From contig JBBILD010000002.1 of the NCBI GenBank assembly GCA_037445065.1, positions 32,001-96,000 of the forward strand: 64,000 bases of DNA, given 5' to 3'. The position numbers and the translations under genes were made by a program. This stretch comes from Myxococcales bacterium (GTDB taxonomy: Bacteria; Desulfobacterota; Binatia; HRBIN30). Positions 28,625 through 38,222 of this stretch are shown here, one piece after another; position 1 is the stretch's first letter; every line of letters starts with the position of its first letter. The notes under the pieces are model-generated. The model had not been told where the DNA came from and did not search any database. It saw only the letters and a list, made by a program, of their open reading frames with translations.

Positions 28625-29509
28625 ATGAGCGAACGCCTGGCAAATCGCGTGGCGATCATTACCGGTGGGGGAAGCGGGATCGGGCGCGCCTCGGTCCTGC
28701 GCTTTTTGGAAGAAGGGGCCGCGGTGGTGGTGGCGGATTACAATCCTTCTACCGGTGAGGAAACCGTGGAACTTGCCAGGCGTGCCGGTCATGGCTCGCG
28801 CGTGCGGTTTGTGCGAACGGACGTGGCCCAGGAAGCCGATGTACAGCAGGCCGTTCAGGTTGCACTGGAGCAGTTCGGCCGCCTGGATTGTATGTTCAAC
28901 AACGCAGGCGTGGCAGGTGCGTTTGGCCCGATCACGCACATTGCGGTGGAAGACTGGGACTACACATTTGCCGTGCTGGTACGGGGCGTATTTCTCGGCA
29001 TCAAGCACGCTGCTCGGGTGATGAAGCGGCAGGGAAGTGGCGGGGTGATTCTCAACACTGCTTCGATTGCTGGACTCAGTGGGGGAGACGGCCCACAGGC
29101 GTATTCTGCAGCGAAGGCAGCGGTCATCAATTTGAGCCGGGCAGTCGCAATCGAGTTGGCCCCCGACAAGATCCGGGTGAATGCGATTTGCCCCGGCGGG
29201 GTTCTTACCCCGCTCCTCCATCGGGGGAATCCGGAGGGTGCTGTTGCATTTCTGGAGACCTTCCAGCCCTGGCCCGAAGCGGGTCAGCCCGAGCACATTG
29301 CGTCTGTGGCCGCCTTTCTGGCTTCGGACGACGCTCGCTTCATCACAGGCGCTGCCATTGTCGTTGATGGGGGTGCGACTGCGTGCGGTTCGAATGCCAT
29401 CCGCCACTTGCGGGGAGCCTCGCCACTGCCGCTCCAAGGCGTTGCCGGAGTGGATCGAGGCACCACAGGAGAGCAAATTGAACTGCGGCAAGTGTCAGAG
29501 GCGGACTGA
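28625..29509 (+). CDS. Short-chain dehydrogenase/reductase
   Basis: TGGGSGIG, NNAG, YSAAK. Confidence 0.95.
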   Translation: MSERLANRVAIITGGGSGIGRASVLRFLEEGAAVVVADYNPSTGEETVELARRAGHGSRVRFVRTDVAQEADVQQAVQVALEQFGRLDCMFNNAGVAGAFGPITHIAVEDWDYTFAVLVRGVFLGIKHAARVMKRQGSGGVILNTASIAGLSGGDGPQAYSAAKAAVINLSRAVAIELAPDKIRVNAICPGGVLTPLLHRGNPEGAVAFLETFQPWPEAGQPEHIASVAAFLASDDARFITGAAIVVDGGATACGSNAIRHLRGASPLPLQGVAGVDRGTTGEQIELRQVSEAD

Positions 29510-29528
29510 CTCCGAGCTGGAACATGAG

Positions 29529-30047
29529 ATGCACGAGGATTGGACCACGCTCTTCGCACATTTGACCAGCGGGATTTACATCTTGACGACGGGCTCGGGC
29601 GAACATGCCCACGGCATGTCTGCCTCATGGGTATCGCAAGTGTCCGCAGATCCGCCCCTGCTCGGACTGGCCCTCGGCAAGCAATACCGGAGCTGCAGGT
29701 GGGTCGAGGCAAACGGACGTTTTGCCTTGAACGTAGTCGGTAAACGGTCGCGCTTCTTGCAAGACCACTTCCATGCCGCGGCCGTGCGGGGTCATGGTCA
29801 CATGCAAGGAGTGCGCTGGGAAGCCTCGCCGGCCGGGCTTCCCTGGCTGTTGGATGCCCTGGTCTGCATGGATTGCGAGGTAGTGGAGCGTCATCCGATT
29901 GGGGACCGAATCTGGTTTGTTGCGCGTGCCACGGCGTGGCGCGGTGGCGTGCCAGATCTTCCGCTGTCGTCCGCCGACCTGCCGTATGTTTTTGTGGGAC
30001 GGCTGATTTCCGCACCGTGGCGGGGAGCAACAAAGGAGCATGAGTAA
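29529..30047 (+). CDS. Flavin reductase-like protein
   Basis: GIYILT, GMSASWVSQVSADPPL, FALNV, GLPWL, GDRIWFV. Confidence 0.88.
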   Translation: MHEDWTTLFAHLTSGIYILTTGSGEHAHGMSASWVSQVSADPPLLGLALGKQYRSCRWVEANGRFALNVVGKRSRFLQDHFHAAAVRGHGHMQGVRWEASPAGLPWLLDALVCMDCEVVERHPIGDRIWFVARATAWRGGVPDLPLSSADLPYVFVGRLISAPWRGATKEHE

Positions 30048-31399
30048 TGCTGCGCAAGAAGTTAGCCGTGGCGTGCCTTGGGCTGAGCAGCGTTTTTGGG
30101 CTGCCAGCCGCGTACGCGCAAGTTTTGCAGTACGCGGGGGCGATCGAACGGAGCGAGGTCGCGCCTCTGGGTGGGGCCCATGGCGTGTCCGTTGCTCCCG
30201 ACGGCTCGCAAATCTTTGCGGTCGCTTTTGATGACAATGCTTTACTTGTCTGGGTTCGTGATGCCAGGACTGGAAGCCTGACTTTTGCTCAAGCGTTTGT
30301 CGAAGGGGTGGGCGGAATCTCGGGATTGTTTCGCGCAGTGCGTGTAACCCCATCCCCAGACGGGACAGGAGTGTACGTAGGTGCGTTCTTTGGCGACTCC
30401 GTTGCTGTTTTTCGGCGCGATTCTCAAGGGGTTCTCCGTTTCGAGCAAGCACTATTCGGTGGGGCGAGCGGGGTATTCGGGCTCACCCAGGTTCGAGATC
30501 TCGAATTTTCCCCCGATGGGCGCTTCCTCTATGTAGCCAGTTACGGGGACAACGCGGTTCTCGTGCTCGAGCGAAGCGAGAGGGACGGTTCGCTGCGGCC
30601 CATAGAGGTCGTCTCCGATCGAGATGAAGGCGGCACAGTCCCGGGACTTGTGCGGCCGACCTCACTCGCAGTCAGCCCGGATGGGCAGCAGGTGTACACC
30701 GCCTGCACCGGATCGCAGAGCTTGGTCGTGTTCGACCGGGACGCTAGGAGCGGGACCCTCGTACACGAAGCAACCTTTTTCCAGGGCGAGGGCGGGATCC
30801 GCGGCTTGAGCGGCGCAGAAGCGCTGGCTGTGAGTCCCGACGGCCGTGACCTTTACGTTGCCGGTGGCGACGGCGTCGCGCACTTCGCGCGCCGCCCTGA
30901 AGGCGTGTTCTACGTCCGCAGCATGGACGGCGAGGTGGTTGGTGAGTCAGGGGTGGCCGGCCCGAGTGACTTGGCGCTAACGCCTCAGGGCAACTACGCT
31001 TTTTTAACGCGAGCTGGGGACGACACCTTGGTCGTGTTGCAGCGAGATGCATCCAGCGGAGCGCTCGATCTTGTGGAGCTGCACCGCGCGGCTGACGAAC
31101 CCCGTCCGGGACTGCGCGGTGCCAGCTCTGTGGCCCTGTCACCGGACGGCAGGTGGGTCTACGTGGCGGGTCAGTTCGACGACGCTGTCGGCGTTTTTCG
31201 GCGGATCCCTGCTTGCCTGGGAGACTGCGACGAGGACGGGGAAGTTACGGTCGACGAGTTGACTCGGGCCGTCCGGGTTGCGCTAAGGCAGACTGTGGAC
31301 CTCGATTGCTGGCAAGCGGACCGTGATGCTGATGGCGAGCTTACCGTGGACGAGATCGTGGCTGCGGTGCGGCGCGCGCTGGTTGGCTGCGGCGGGTGA
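30047..31399 (+). CDS. Secreted lactonase-type beta-propeller with C-terminal dockerin-like module
   Basis: Signal peptide (AYA); seven SPDG-type blades; C-terminal CLGDCDEDGEVTVDE module. Confidence 0.88.
   Translation: MLRKKLAVACLGLSSVFGLPAAYAQVLQYAGAIERSEVAPLGGAHGVSVAPDGSQIFAVAFDDNALLVWVRDARTGSLTFAQAFVEGVGGISGLFRAVRVTPSPDGTGVYVGAFFGDSVAVFRRDSQGVLRFEQALFGGASGVFGLTQVRDLEFSPDGRFLYVASYGDNAVLVLERSERDGSLRPIEVVSDRDEGGTVPGLVRPTSLAVSPDGQQVYTACTGSQSLVVFDRDARSGTLVHEATFFQGEGGIRGLSGAEALAVSPDGRDLYVAGGDGVAHFARRPEGVFYVRSMDGEVVGESGVAGPSDLALTPQGNYAFLTRAGDDTLVVLQRDASSGALDLVELHRAADEPRPGLRGASSVALSPDGRWVYVAGQFDDAVGVFRRIPACLGDCDEDGEVTVDELTRAVRVALRQTVDLDCWQADRDADGELTVDEIVAAVRRALVGCGG
31214..31390 (+). repeat. 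59-aa four-Cys dockerin-like module, copy 3 (C-terminal)
   Basis: CLGDCDEDGEVTVDELTRAVRVALRQTVDLDCWQADRDADGELTVDEIVAAVRRALVGC. Confidence 0.85.
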
Positions 31400-31426
31400 G
31401 AGAATCGTGGTGTCGGGAGGCGAGGG

Positions 31427-32707
31427 ATGTCCTGGTGGTTGGCGCTGTTAGCACTGGTGAGCGGGTGGCTTACGTGGAACGTGTACCGTCCCGCGTACGC
31501 ACCGGGCCGGCGAGCCGCAGTCAGTTTCTTCCTGGGCTGGTTGGTCGGTGAGCTGGCGCTCCACCATGTCGCGGCGCAAGCGGTGCTCGCTTTTGCTCTC
31601 GTGTGGAATGGAGCGCTGGAGCGGGGAGTTGGCGTCCTCGCTGGATTTGGATTGCTGGCAGCCTGGGTGCTCCTGGTGCGGACATACTTCAAGGGCGAAG
31701 AAGCTGCTTGGGTGATGGAACAAGCTCTCCGCGAGGAACTCGGTCCGGACTACCGGGAGCGCGTTCCCCCCGAAATCCGTGAGAAGTGGGTGGAGCGCCC
31801 GGACTGGAAGAAAATCGCGTTTCCGTTTCCGATCCGGGATCCGAACGTCGAACGAATTGCTGATGTTTTCTATCGGCGCGTAGCCGGAGTGAACCTCAGG
31901 CTCGACATCTACCGGCACCGAGACCGCCCGAAGAATTGCCCCTTGCTGATACAGATTCACGGCGGCGGCTGGGTCATCGGGAGCAAGAATGAGCAGGGTC
32001 TTCCTCTGACCTATCACATGGCGAGTCGCGGCTGGGTTTGTGCCAACGTGGACTATCGGTTGAGCCCGCACGCGACTTTTCCGGACCACCTGGTAGACCT
32101 TAAGGCTGCCTTGGTTTGGCTGCGGGAACATGCGAGCCAGTATGGATTGGACCCCACCTTCGTAGTGGTGACAGGAGGTTCTGCCGGCGCACACTTGGCT
32201 GCGCTGATGGCGCTCACGGCGAACGACCCGGAATACCAGCCTGGTTTCGAAGCTGCGGACACGTCCGTCCAAGGGGCGGTTCTGATGTACGGGGTGTACG
32301 ACTTGGTGGATCGCCATCGCACCTTCCGCACTCCTGACATCCAGCGGCTCTTAGAAACGAAGGTGATGAAAGCCTCGATTGAGGAAGCGCGGGCCGTGTA
32401 CGAGAAGGCGTCTCCGATTTCCCGTGTTCACTCAGCGGCCCCGCCAGTGTGTGTAATCCATGGCGATCTGGACTCGCTCGTCCCTGTGGAGCAGGCCCGC
32501 TACTTCGTCGCCGCGCTTCGTGGTGTATCGAAACAAGCTGTGGTCTATGCGGAAATCCCCGGGGCGCAGCATGCCTTCGACGTTTTCCCCTCCTTGCGTT
32601 GTGAGTATGCGATCGCAGGCATCGCGCGCTTCCTGGGTTGGACCTACGCGCAATACCTGCGCGAGCGCTCAGCGGGGGAACAAAGCTCTGCCGTCGCAGC
32701 GTGCTGA
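31427..32707 (+). CDS. Membrane-anchored HSL-family alpha/beta hydrolase (esterase)
   Basis: N-terminal TMs; HGGGW, GGSAG, HGDLDSLV, QHAFD. Confidence 0.9.
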   Translation: MSWWLALLALVSGWLTWNVYRPAYAPGRRAAVSFFLGWLVGELALHHVAAQAVLAFALVWNGALERGVGVLAGFGLLAAWVLLVRTYFKGEEAAWVMEQALREELGPDYRERVPPEIREKWVERPDWKKIAFPFPIRDPNVERIADVFYRRVAGVNLRLDIYRHRDRPKNCPLLIQIHGGGWVIGSKNEQGLPLTYHMASRGWVCANVDYRLSPHATFPDHLVDLKAALVWLREHASQYGLDPTFVVVTGGSAGAHLAALMALTANDPEYQPGFEAADTSVQGAVLMYGVYDLVDRHRTFRTPDIQRLLETKVMKASIEEARAVYEKASPISRVHSAAPPVCVIHGDLDSLVPVEQARYFVAALRGVSKQAVVYAEIPGAQHAFDVFPSLRCEYAIAGIARFLGWTYAQYLRERSAGEQSSAVAAC

Positions 32708-32725
32708 TAGTCCGGGAGAGTCGGG

Positions 32726-33823
32726 ATGACTGGCCAGGAGGACGCTTCGCAAGCGAAGGATCAGGTTCCGACGGATTTGCTGAGCCCTGAAGAAACACAG
32801 CGGTTAGCGGAATGGCTGCAGGAGCAAGGGCTAGCCTCCGCAAGGGACCCGCTGGAGGTCAAGGGGCTCAGCGGGGGAGCGTCGAATGAGGTTTGGGAAC
32901 TCCGGCAAGGGTCGCTGCGCCTGGTCCTGCGGAAACCCCCGCGCACGGTGCCGCGTGGCCGGAACGAGAGTATGTTGCGGGAATACCGCCTCCTGAACGC
33001 TCTGCGGGACACGGATGTACCCCACCCGCGCGTACGAGCAGTGTGTCAGGATGCGGCTGTTCTGGGCTGTTGTTTTTACGTGATGGAGTACGTGGATGGG
33101 TGGTCTTGCATGGATCGCTCCCAGTGGCCGCCTCCCTTTGATCGTGATCTGGACGCACGTCGGGGGCTCGCCCGGGAACTGGTCGACGGAATTGCCCGCC
33201 TTGCACAAGTTGATTGGCGGGCCGTTGGGCTGGAGGACTTCGGCCGACCGCAAGGCTTCCACGAGCGGCAGGTCGAGCGGTGGCTGCGTCCTCTCCGTGA
33301 GTGCGCCTTACGAGAACTGCCTGGGTTGGATGAAGCCGCAGAGTTTCTCCGGCAGTATCGTCCGAGGCACTACCGGCCAGGGTTGATGCACGGTGATTAC
33401 CAGTTTGCCAACGTCATGTTCGCGCATGGGGCGCCAGCATGCCTGGTCGCGATCGTGGATTGGGAGATGGCTACGGTCGGCGATCCTCTCCTCGATCTAG
33501 CGTGGGTGTTGATGAGCTGGCCGAACCCAGAGGAGCGCGCTGCTGGAAGATTTTACGTCGATTATGAAGGAATGCCCAGGCGAGAAGAACTTGCAGAGTA
33601 CTATGCACTGCGAACCGGCTTCGATCTGAGCGAACTGGACTATTATTTGATCCTTGCACGCTTTAAGATGGCTGCGATTTTGGAGGTGGAGTACGCGCGG
33701 TTCCTCAGGGGAGAGGCGGAGAACCCAAAGATGGCTTTTTTTGGCGAGGTGGCTCGCGAGATGGCAGAGAAGGCCGGAACCCTAGCGCGCACCACGTCCC
33801 TGAAAGCAAGAAGGTCGTTATGA
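32726..33823 (+). CDS. APH-like phosphotransferase (ACAD10/11 N-domain type)
   Basis: GGASN, VLRKPP, HGDYQFANV, DWEMATVGDPLLDL. Confidence 0.9.
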   Translation: MTGQEDASQAKDQVPTDLLSPEETQRLAEWLQEQGLASARDPLEVKGLSGGASNEVWELRQGSLRLVLRKPPRTVPRGRNESMLREYRLLNALRDTDVPHPRVRAVCQDAAVLGCCFYVMEYVDGWSCMDRSQWPPPFDRDLDARRGLARELVDGIARLAQVDWRAVGLEDFGRPQGFHERQVERWLRPLRECALRELPGLDEAAEFLRQYRPRHYRPGLMHGDYQFANVMFAHGAPACLVAIVDWEMATVGDPLLDLAWVLMSWPNPEERAAGRFYVDYEGMPRREELAEYYALRTGFDLSELDYYLILARFKMAAILEVEYARFLRGEAENPKMAFFGEVAREMAEKAGTLARTTSLKARRSL

Positions 33824-34257
33824 GGCGGCGAGTGTCGTTCGATGGAGAGTTCCAAGGGTGCTTCGGCTGCGGGCGCGACAATGCTGCCGGCCTCGGGCTG
33901 AGTTTTTGGGAGACTGAGCAAGGTGTAGAGACGACCTTTGTGGCTCCGAGCTACTTGCAAGGGGCGAAGGGCGTCCTTCACGGGGGTATCCAGGCGGCAC
34001 TTGCAGACGAGACGATGTGTATGGCTGCATACGCCAAGCTGGGAGCCGCGGTCGTCACTGGGGAACTGAAAATGAGGTACCAGCGCCCAGCACCAGTGTC
34101 GGTTCCACTCAGAATCGTTGCACAGATTCAAAAACGCGACGCCCGCAGCGCTTTTATCGATGCAAGGATCTCCCTTGACGGTGAAGACGAAGCAAGAACG
34201 ACAGCGACGGGTCGATTCTTTTTTGTTCGATCAGAGGCCCAACGTGGTCGTGAGTGA
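33820..34257 (+). CDS. PaaI-family thioesterase
   Basis: CFGCG..N..GL, LHGGIQAALADE. Confidence 0.9.
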   Translation: MRRRVSFDGEFQGCFGCGRDNAAGLGLSFWETEQGVETTFVAPSYLQGAKGVLHGGIQAALADETMCMAAYAKLGAAVVTGELKMRYQRPAPVSVPLRIVAQIQKRDARSAFIDARISLDGEDEARTTATGRFFFVRSEAQRGRE

Positions 34258-34351
34258 ACCAACGGGGACGGAGCTGTAGAGCGCATCTGCCACCCACGGC
34301 GATAATCCCTTCTTGGGGCACATCCGGTTTTCTGAAAGGGTCGCCACGTGT

Positions 34352-34648
34352 TTAGCCAAGCCAGCACTCACTGGTCTGTTCTTTGCCCACCCGCTCTTTT
34401 GCAGTGCGGAAGAACTCGTCGAGAGTGAGCTGGCTCGGGTCCAGGCCGAGGGCAACGGCCGTAACCACGTCGCGGGGGGTAAATACACCGACCACTCTGA
34501 GGCTGTTCTCATCGAGCACTAAGAGGGCCTCGGCACCTGTCCGAAAGAGTAGGTTCGCAGCTGCGGACACGGTCTGTCTGGTCGAGACTCGTAGTGCGCG
34601 AAAGCAGCAACTTCCATTGGCGATCTCTGCTGTGTTGCTGCGCGTCAT
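34352..34648 (-). CDS. Small single-CBS-domain protein
   Basis: TVSAAANLL...ALLVLDE...VVGVFTPRDVV; GGAGG SD before ATG 34648. Confidence 0.6.
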   Translation of the reverse strand: MTRSNTAEIANGSCCFRALRVSTRQTVSAAANLLFRTGAEALLVLDENSLRVVGVFTPRDVVTAVALGLDPSQLTLDEFFRTAKERVGKEQTSECWLG

Positions 34649-34772
34649 GGCTACGCCTCCGTCCCTATCCCGCGCGCAAAATTCGTTCCAATTGTGCTCC
34701 GGTAACCCCAGTACGCGCTCCCCCGGCGAGATCTTTTTTCCCTGCGAAGGCACAACCGATGTCGCGGCAGGC

Positions 34773-36446
34773 TTAAGAAGCCGCTTTGGCTCCCAGTCGC
34801 TCGAGCGCCAGGTTTTTCGCCCAACGATAGTCGGCCTTTCCCGATGGGCTTCGCACCATCTCGTCTACAAAGAGGATTTGCCGCGGGAGTTTGTACCGTG
34901 CCAAATGGCGGGCACAGAACTCCACGAGTTCCTCGGGAGAAGGCTGCTCTTCGGCGCGGGCCTGCACGATCGCAACCACTTGCTCGCCGAACCGCTCATG
35001 GGGGACGCCGACGACCACTGCATCGTACACCGAAGGGTGGTGCTTGAGGGCTTTTTCGACCTCTTCGGGGTAGATTTTCTCTCCCCCTGAGTTGATGCTC
35101 ACGGAACCGCGGCCGAGAACGATGATCGTTCCGTCAGCAGTGACTTTCGCGTGGTCTCCCGGAATGGCGTAGCGCTTGCCGTTAATCACCGGGAAGGTGC
35201 GGGCCGTCTTCTCCGCATCCTTGAAGTAGCCAAGCGGCACGTGCCCGGTCCGTGCTAGCCATCCAACTTCGTCGCTACCGGCGGCCACGGGCCCGCTGAG
35301 GTCGTACTTCAGCACCAGCGTTTCCTCGTTCATCTTGAATGACCCGCTCGTGATCGTCATGCCCTTCATGACGATTTGCGAGCCTTGGCCACCGGTTTCC
35401 GAGGCACCAAAACCGTCGATGATCATGAGGTGAGGGATGTGATCGAGCAGTGCCTCTTTGAGCGCCGGGGTGAGGATCGCACCACCCGAGAGGATGATGT
35501 TCAGGCTCGATAAGTCGTATTTGCGCTTTTGCAGCTGGTCGAGCAGCGGACGGGCAAATGCATCCCCGACGATAGTAAGAAACGTGACCCGTTCCCGCTC
35601 GATGGTGGACCAAATGTCATGAGGATCGAGGTGCTCTGGATGATCCTGCACGATGACCGCCCCGCCTTGGTGCCAGCAGGTCAAGGCCATCCAGTGCGCG
35701 GCACCGTGCATGAAAGGAGGGGCAGGTAAGGCACGTGCACTGCTGGTGCGCGCATTTTCGACTAGCGCTTCTACGGACGGGATCTTCTCTCCACCTGGTG
35801 GATGCCCGCCGAGGGCGGCAAAGAAGATGTCTTCTTGCCGCCACAACACCCCCTTAGGCATCCCCGTGGTGCCCCCGGTGTACAAGATATAAAGGTCGTC
35901 GCCCGACCAGTGCAGCGGCGGTCGCTCCGGGGACGAGGCGCGCAAAGCCTCTTCGTAGTCGATCGCTCCCGGCAACAGCGGGTTCCCCGACTCGTCTGCT
36001 ACTTGCAATAGCAAGCGGAGGTGGCGCAGCTCGGAGCGGATCTTTTGTACCCGAGGCGCGAAACGGGCGTGGTAGATGAGCGCGTGACAGTCAGCATCGT
36101 TCAAGAGATAGATCAACTCATCTTCCACATACCGGTAGTTCACGTTGAACGGCGCCACCCTGGCCTTGTATGAACCCAACATGCCTTCCAGGTACTCGTT
36201 GCCATTGTAAAGGTAGAGTCCCAAATGATCCTGACCGGACTCGTAATTGCGCAGCTCAGAACGCTCGCGATGGCATCCGAGGCCGTGCGCAATCAAGAAG
36301 TTCGCTAGGCGTCGTGTCCGCTCCGTGAAGTCCTTCCAGCGGAAGCACCGATCGCGAAAGACTAAGCACTCCCGCTCCGGGTAAGCCGTGGCGATGGCTT
36401 CGTTGATCGTTGCTAAGTTGAACTCGAGGTTTGCGTGCTGAGGCAT
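34773..36446 (-). CDS. Acyl-CoA synthetase (FadD19-like)
   Basis: YTGGTTGMPKGV, GFGASETG, PGD, INSGGEKIYPEEVE, RSPSGK. Confidence 0.93.
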   Translation of the reverse strand: MPQHANLEFNLATINEAIATAYPERECLVFRDRCFRWKDFTERTRRLANFLIAHGLGCHRERSELRNYESGQDHLGLYLYNGNEYLEGMLGSYKARVAPFNVNYRYVEDELIYLLNDADCHALIYHARFAPRVQKIRSELRHLRLLLQVADESGNPLLPGAIDYEEALRASSPERPPLHWSGDDLYILYTGGTTGMPKGVLWRQEDIFFAALGGHPPGGEKIPSVEALVENARTSSARALPAPPFMHGAAHWMALTCWHQGGAVIVQDHPEHLDPHDIWSTIERERVTFLTIVGDAFARPLLDQLQKRKYDLSSLNIILSGGAILTPALKEALLDHIPHLMIIDGFGASETGGQGSQIVMKGMTITSGSFKMNEETLVLKYDLSGPVAAGSDEVGWLARTGHVPLGYFKDAEKTARTFPVINGKRYAIPGDHAKVTADGTIIVLGRGSVSINSGGEKIYPEEVEKALKHHPSVYDAVVVGVPHERFGEQVVAIVQARAEEQPSPEELVEFCARHLARYKLPRQILFVDEMVRSPSGKADYRWAKNLALERLGAKAAS

Positions 36447-37008
36447 GAGGCCGTTGCTAGCATGTTGCCGGATGCACGGCACGTCTTCGTCGCAACTTGT
36501 AGGATTGCGTCGGTCTCGCTGGCCGGGCGCGGCGGAAGCGCACGGGAGGGCGAAGCGGCAGTACGTTCGCGCAGAGATTTCCGATGCCTGGCGGCTGCTG
36601 GCCTCTGGATCCGTAAGTGGTCCGAGGTGTTTGGCCGATCCTTTTGTTGACCTTGCTTATATGGCCGGAGTAGATTGCCTGCTGTTGTTGGTGGGAAACG
36701 CGTGAGCGGCTTTCCATTTGTACCGAGGGGGGGCGTGCGAAGAGAAGCGGAGTCGGTGCGCAGCGACCTCGTTGTGGTCGAGCCAAGCGGCCTGCCGCTC
36801 CCAGAACGAACGGTGGCTGTGCCGCGGGCGGTTTTGCAATGAACCTTAAAATCAGCGCGTCAAACCGCAGCGAGTCGAATGGGCGGAAATGCCCAGGGTT
36901 TCGGCCGCTGGTCCGCGGTCAAGAGACCGTGGTGGCGTGGCAGCCGAGGAGGCTCGCTCCCAACGGTGGGCGCCAGTTCTTGTGGACCCGTGACAAAGGG
37001 CTCGCTGC

Positions 37009-38220
37009 GTGACACCGAGTTTCGAGCGGTTGGTATATGCATTGCGCCTAACGGTAGTCGGTTGGGCCGTGCTGGTCGGCGGTTACTTTGTGACCGTAGG
37101 CGGCCGACCGCAGTGGTACCATTGGTTGCTGCTAGGAATCGTTCTCATCTATCCGCACCTAGCGCATTTGAGTTACTTGCGACGACGGTCCGCCGGGGCA
37201 CAACTCCGCTACCTTTTGGTAAAGTCGTTGTTTCTCGGCGTGACCTGCTTCGTAACCAATTTTTCCCTCCTTCCGAGTCTGACTGTAGCTGCCGTTGCCC
37301 TGGGTAACTCTCTCGCTTTACAGGGGCTGAGAGGGCTTGTCGTAGCCGCACTCCTGTTTGGCGCGGGAGGCGGAGGACCAGCGATTGTTGCGGGTTGGGA
37401 CCTCCCAGTTGCAAGCGCCCAGCTGGTGGATGTTGGCTGCGGGGTATTCCTGCTGAGCTATTTCTTGCTGTTCGCGTAGGCCACTTACGCTCGCACCGTG
37501 CAGGTACTGGCCTCGCGCCGGGAGCTGCGGGAGCAGAAGTTGTTCGCGGAAATCGAGCACAAACGAGCAGAGAGTCTGCTCTTGAGCCTCCTCCCCAGCC
37601 CGATGGCCACAGAATTTCGAGAGTCCGGCGCCGTGCCCCCACGCCAATATGCTGAGGTCACGATGCTGGCGATCGATTTTCTCAATCTGCCCGAGCTGGC
37701 GGCAACGGCGGGAGGGAACGGGTGGTTGATGGATCTCAATTATTGTTTGCAGGCGCTCGATGGGATCGCGAAGCGCAGAGCAATGGAAGTCGTGAGCAGC
37801 GGCGACGCATACGTTGCGCTGACCGGCGTGGTCGGTCCAAGTCGCTTTTCAAGAGCCGAAGCTTTGGCTGCGGCCATGGAGATCCGCGATGTAGCATATC
37901 GGCTTGCCGCGCAGAGGCGTGCGGAAGGCCGGCCGCATTTAATGGTGCGAATTGCCGTTCATTCGGGGCCCGTGGTTGCGGGCGTGGCCGAGGCCCGGCG
38001 GTTTACCTTCAGTGTTTGGGGCTTCACGAAAGCGGATGCCGTTGCGGTGGCTCAGCAGTTGGACCCGTGGGAGGTCGCATTTTCAGAGGGGGTGTGGGCG
38101 GGAGCGGCTGGCGACAACGCGGTGCCGAACGAGGTAAAAAACCTTCAGCGTCCATCGCGGTCAGCCATTGCTGTTCTACGTTCTGTCCGCTCCGTCACAA
38201 CCGCTACGAGGGGAAAGCGA
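37009..38220 (+). pseudogene. MASE2 plus class III nucleotide cyclase-like gene, disrupted; 3' end approximate
   Basis: MASE2-like TM region (YPHLA, LLPS); in-frame TAG at 37477-37479; same frame continues as a cyclase (LLLSLLP, AIDF, GDAY, RIAVHSGPVVAG, VWG). Confidence 0.75.
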
Positions 38221-38222
38221 AC

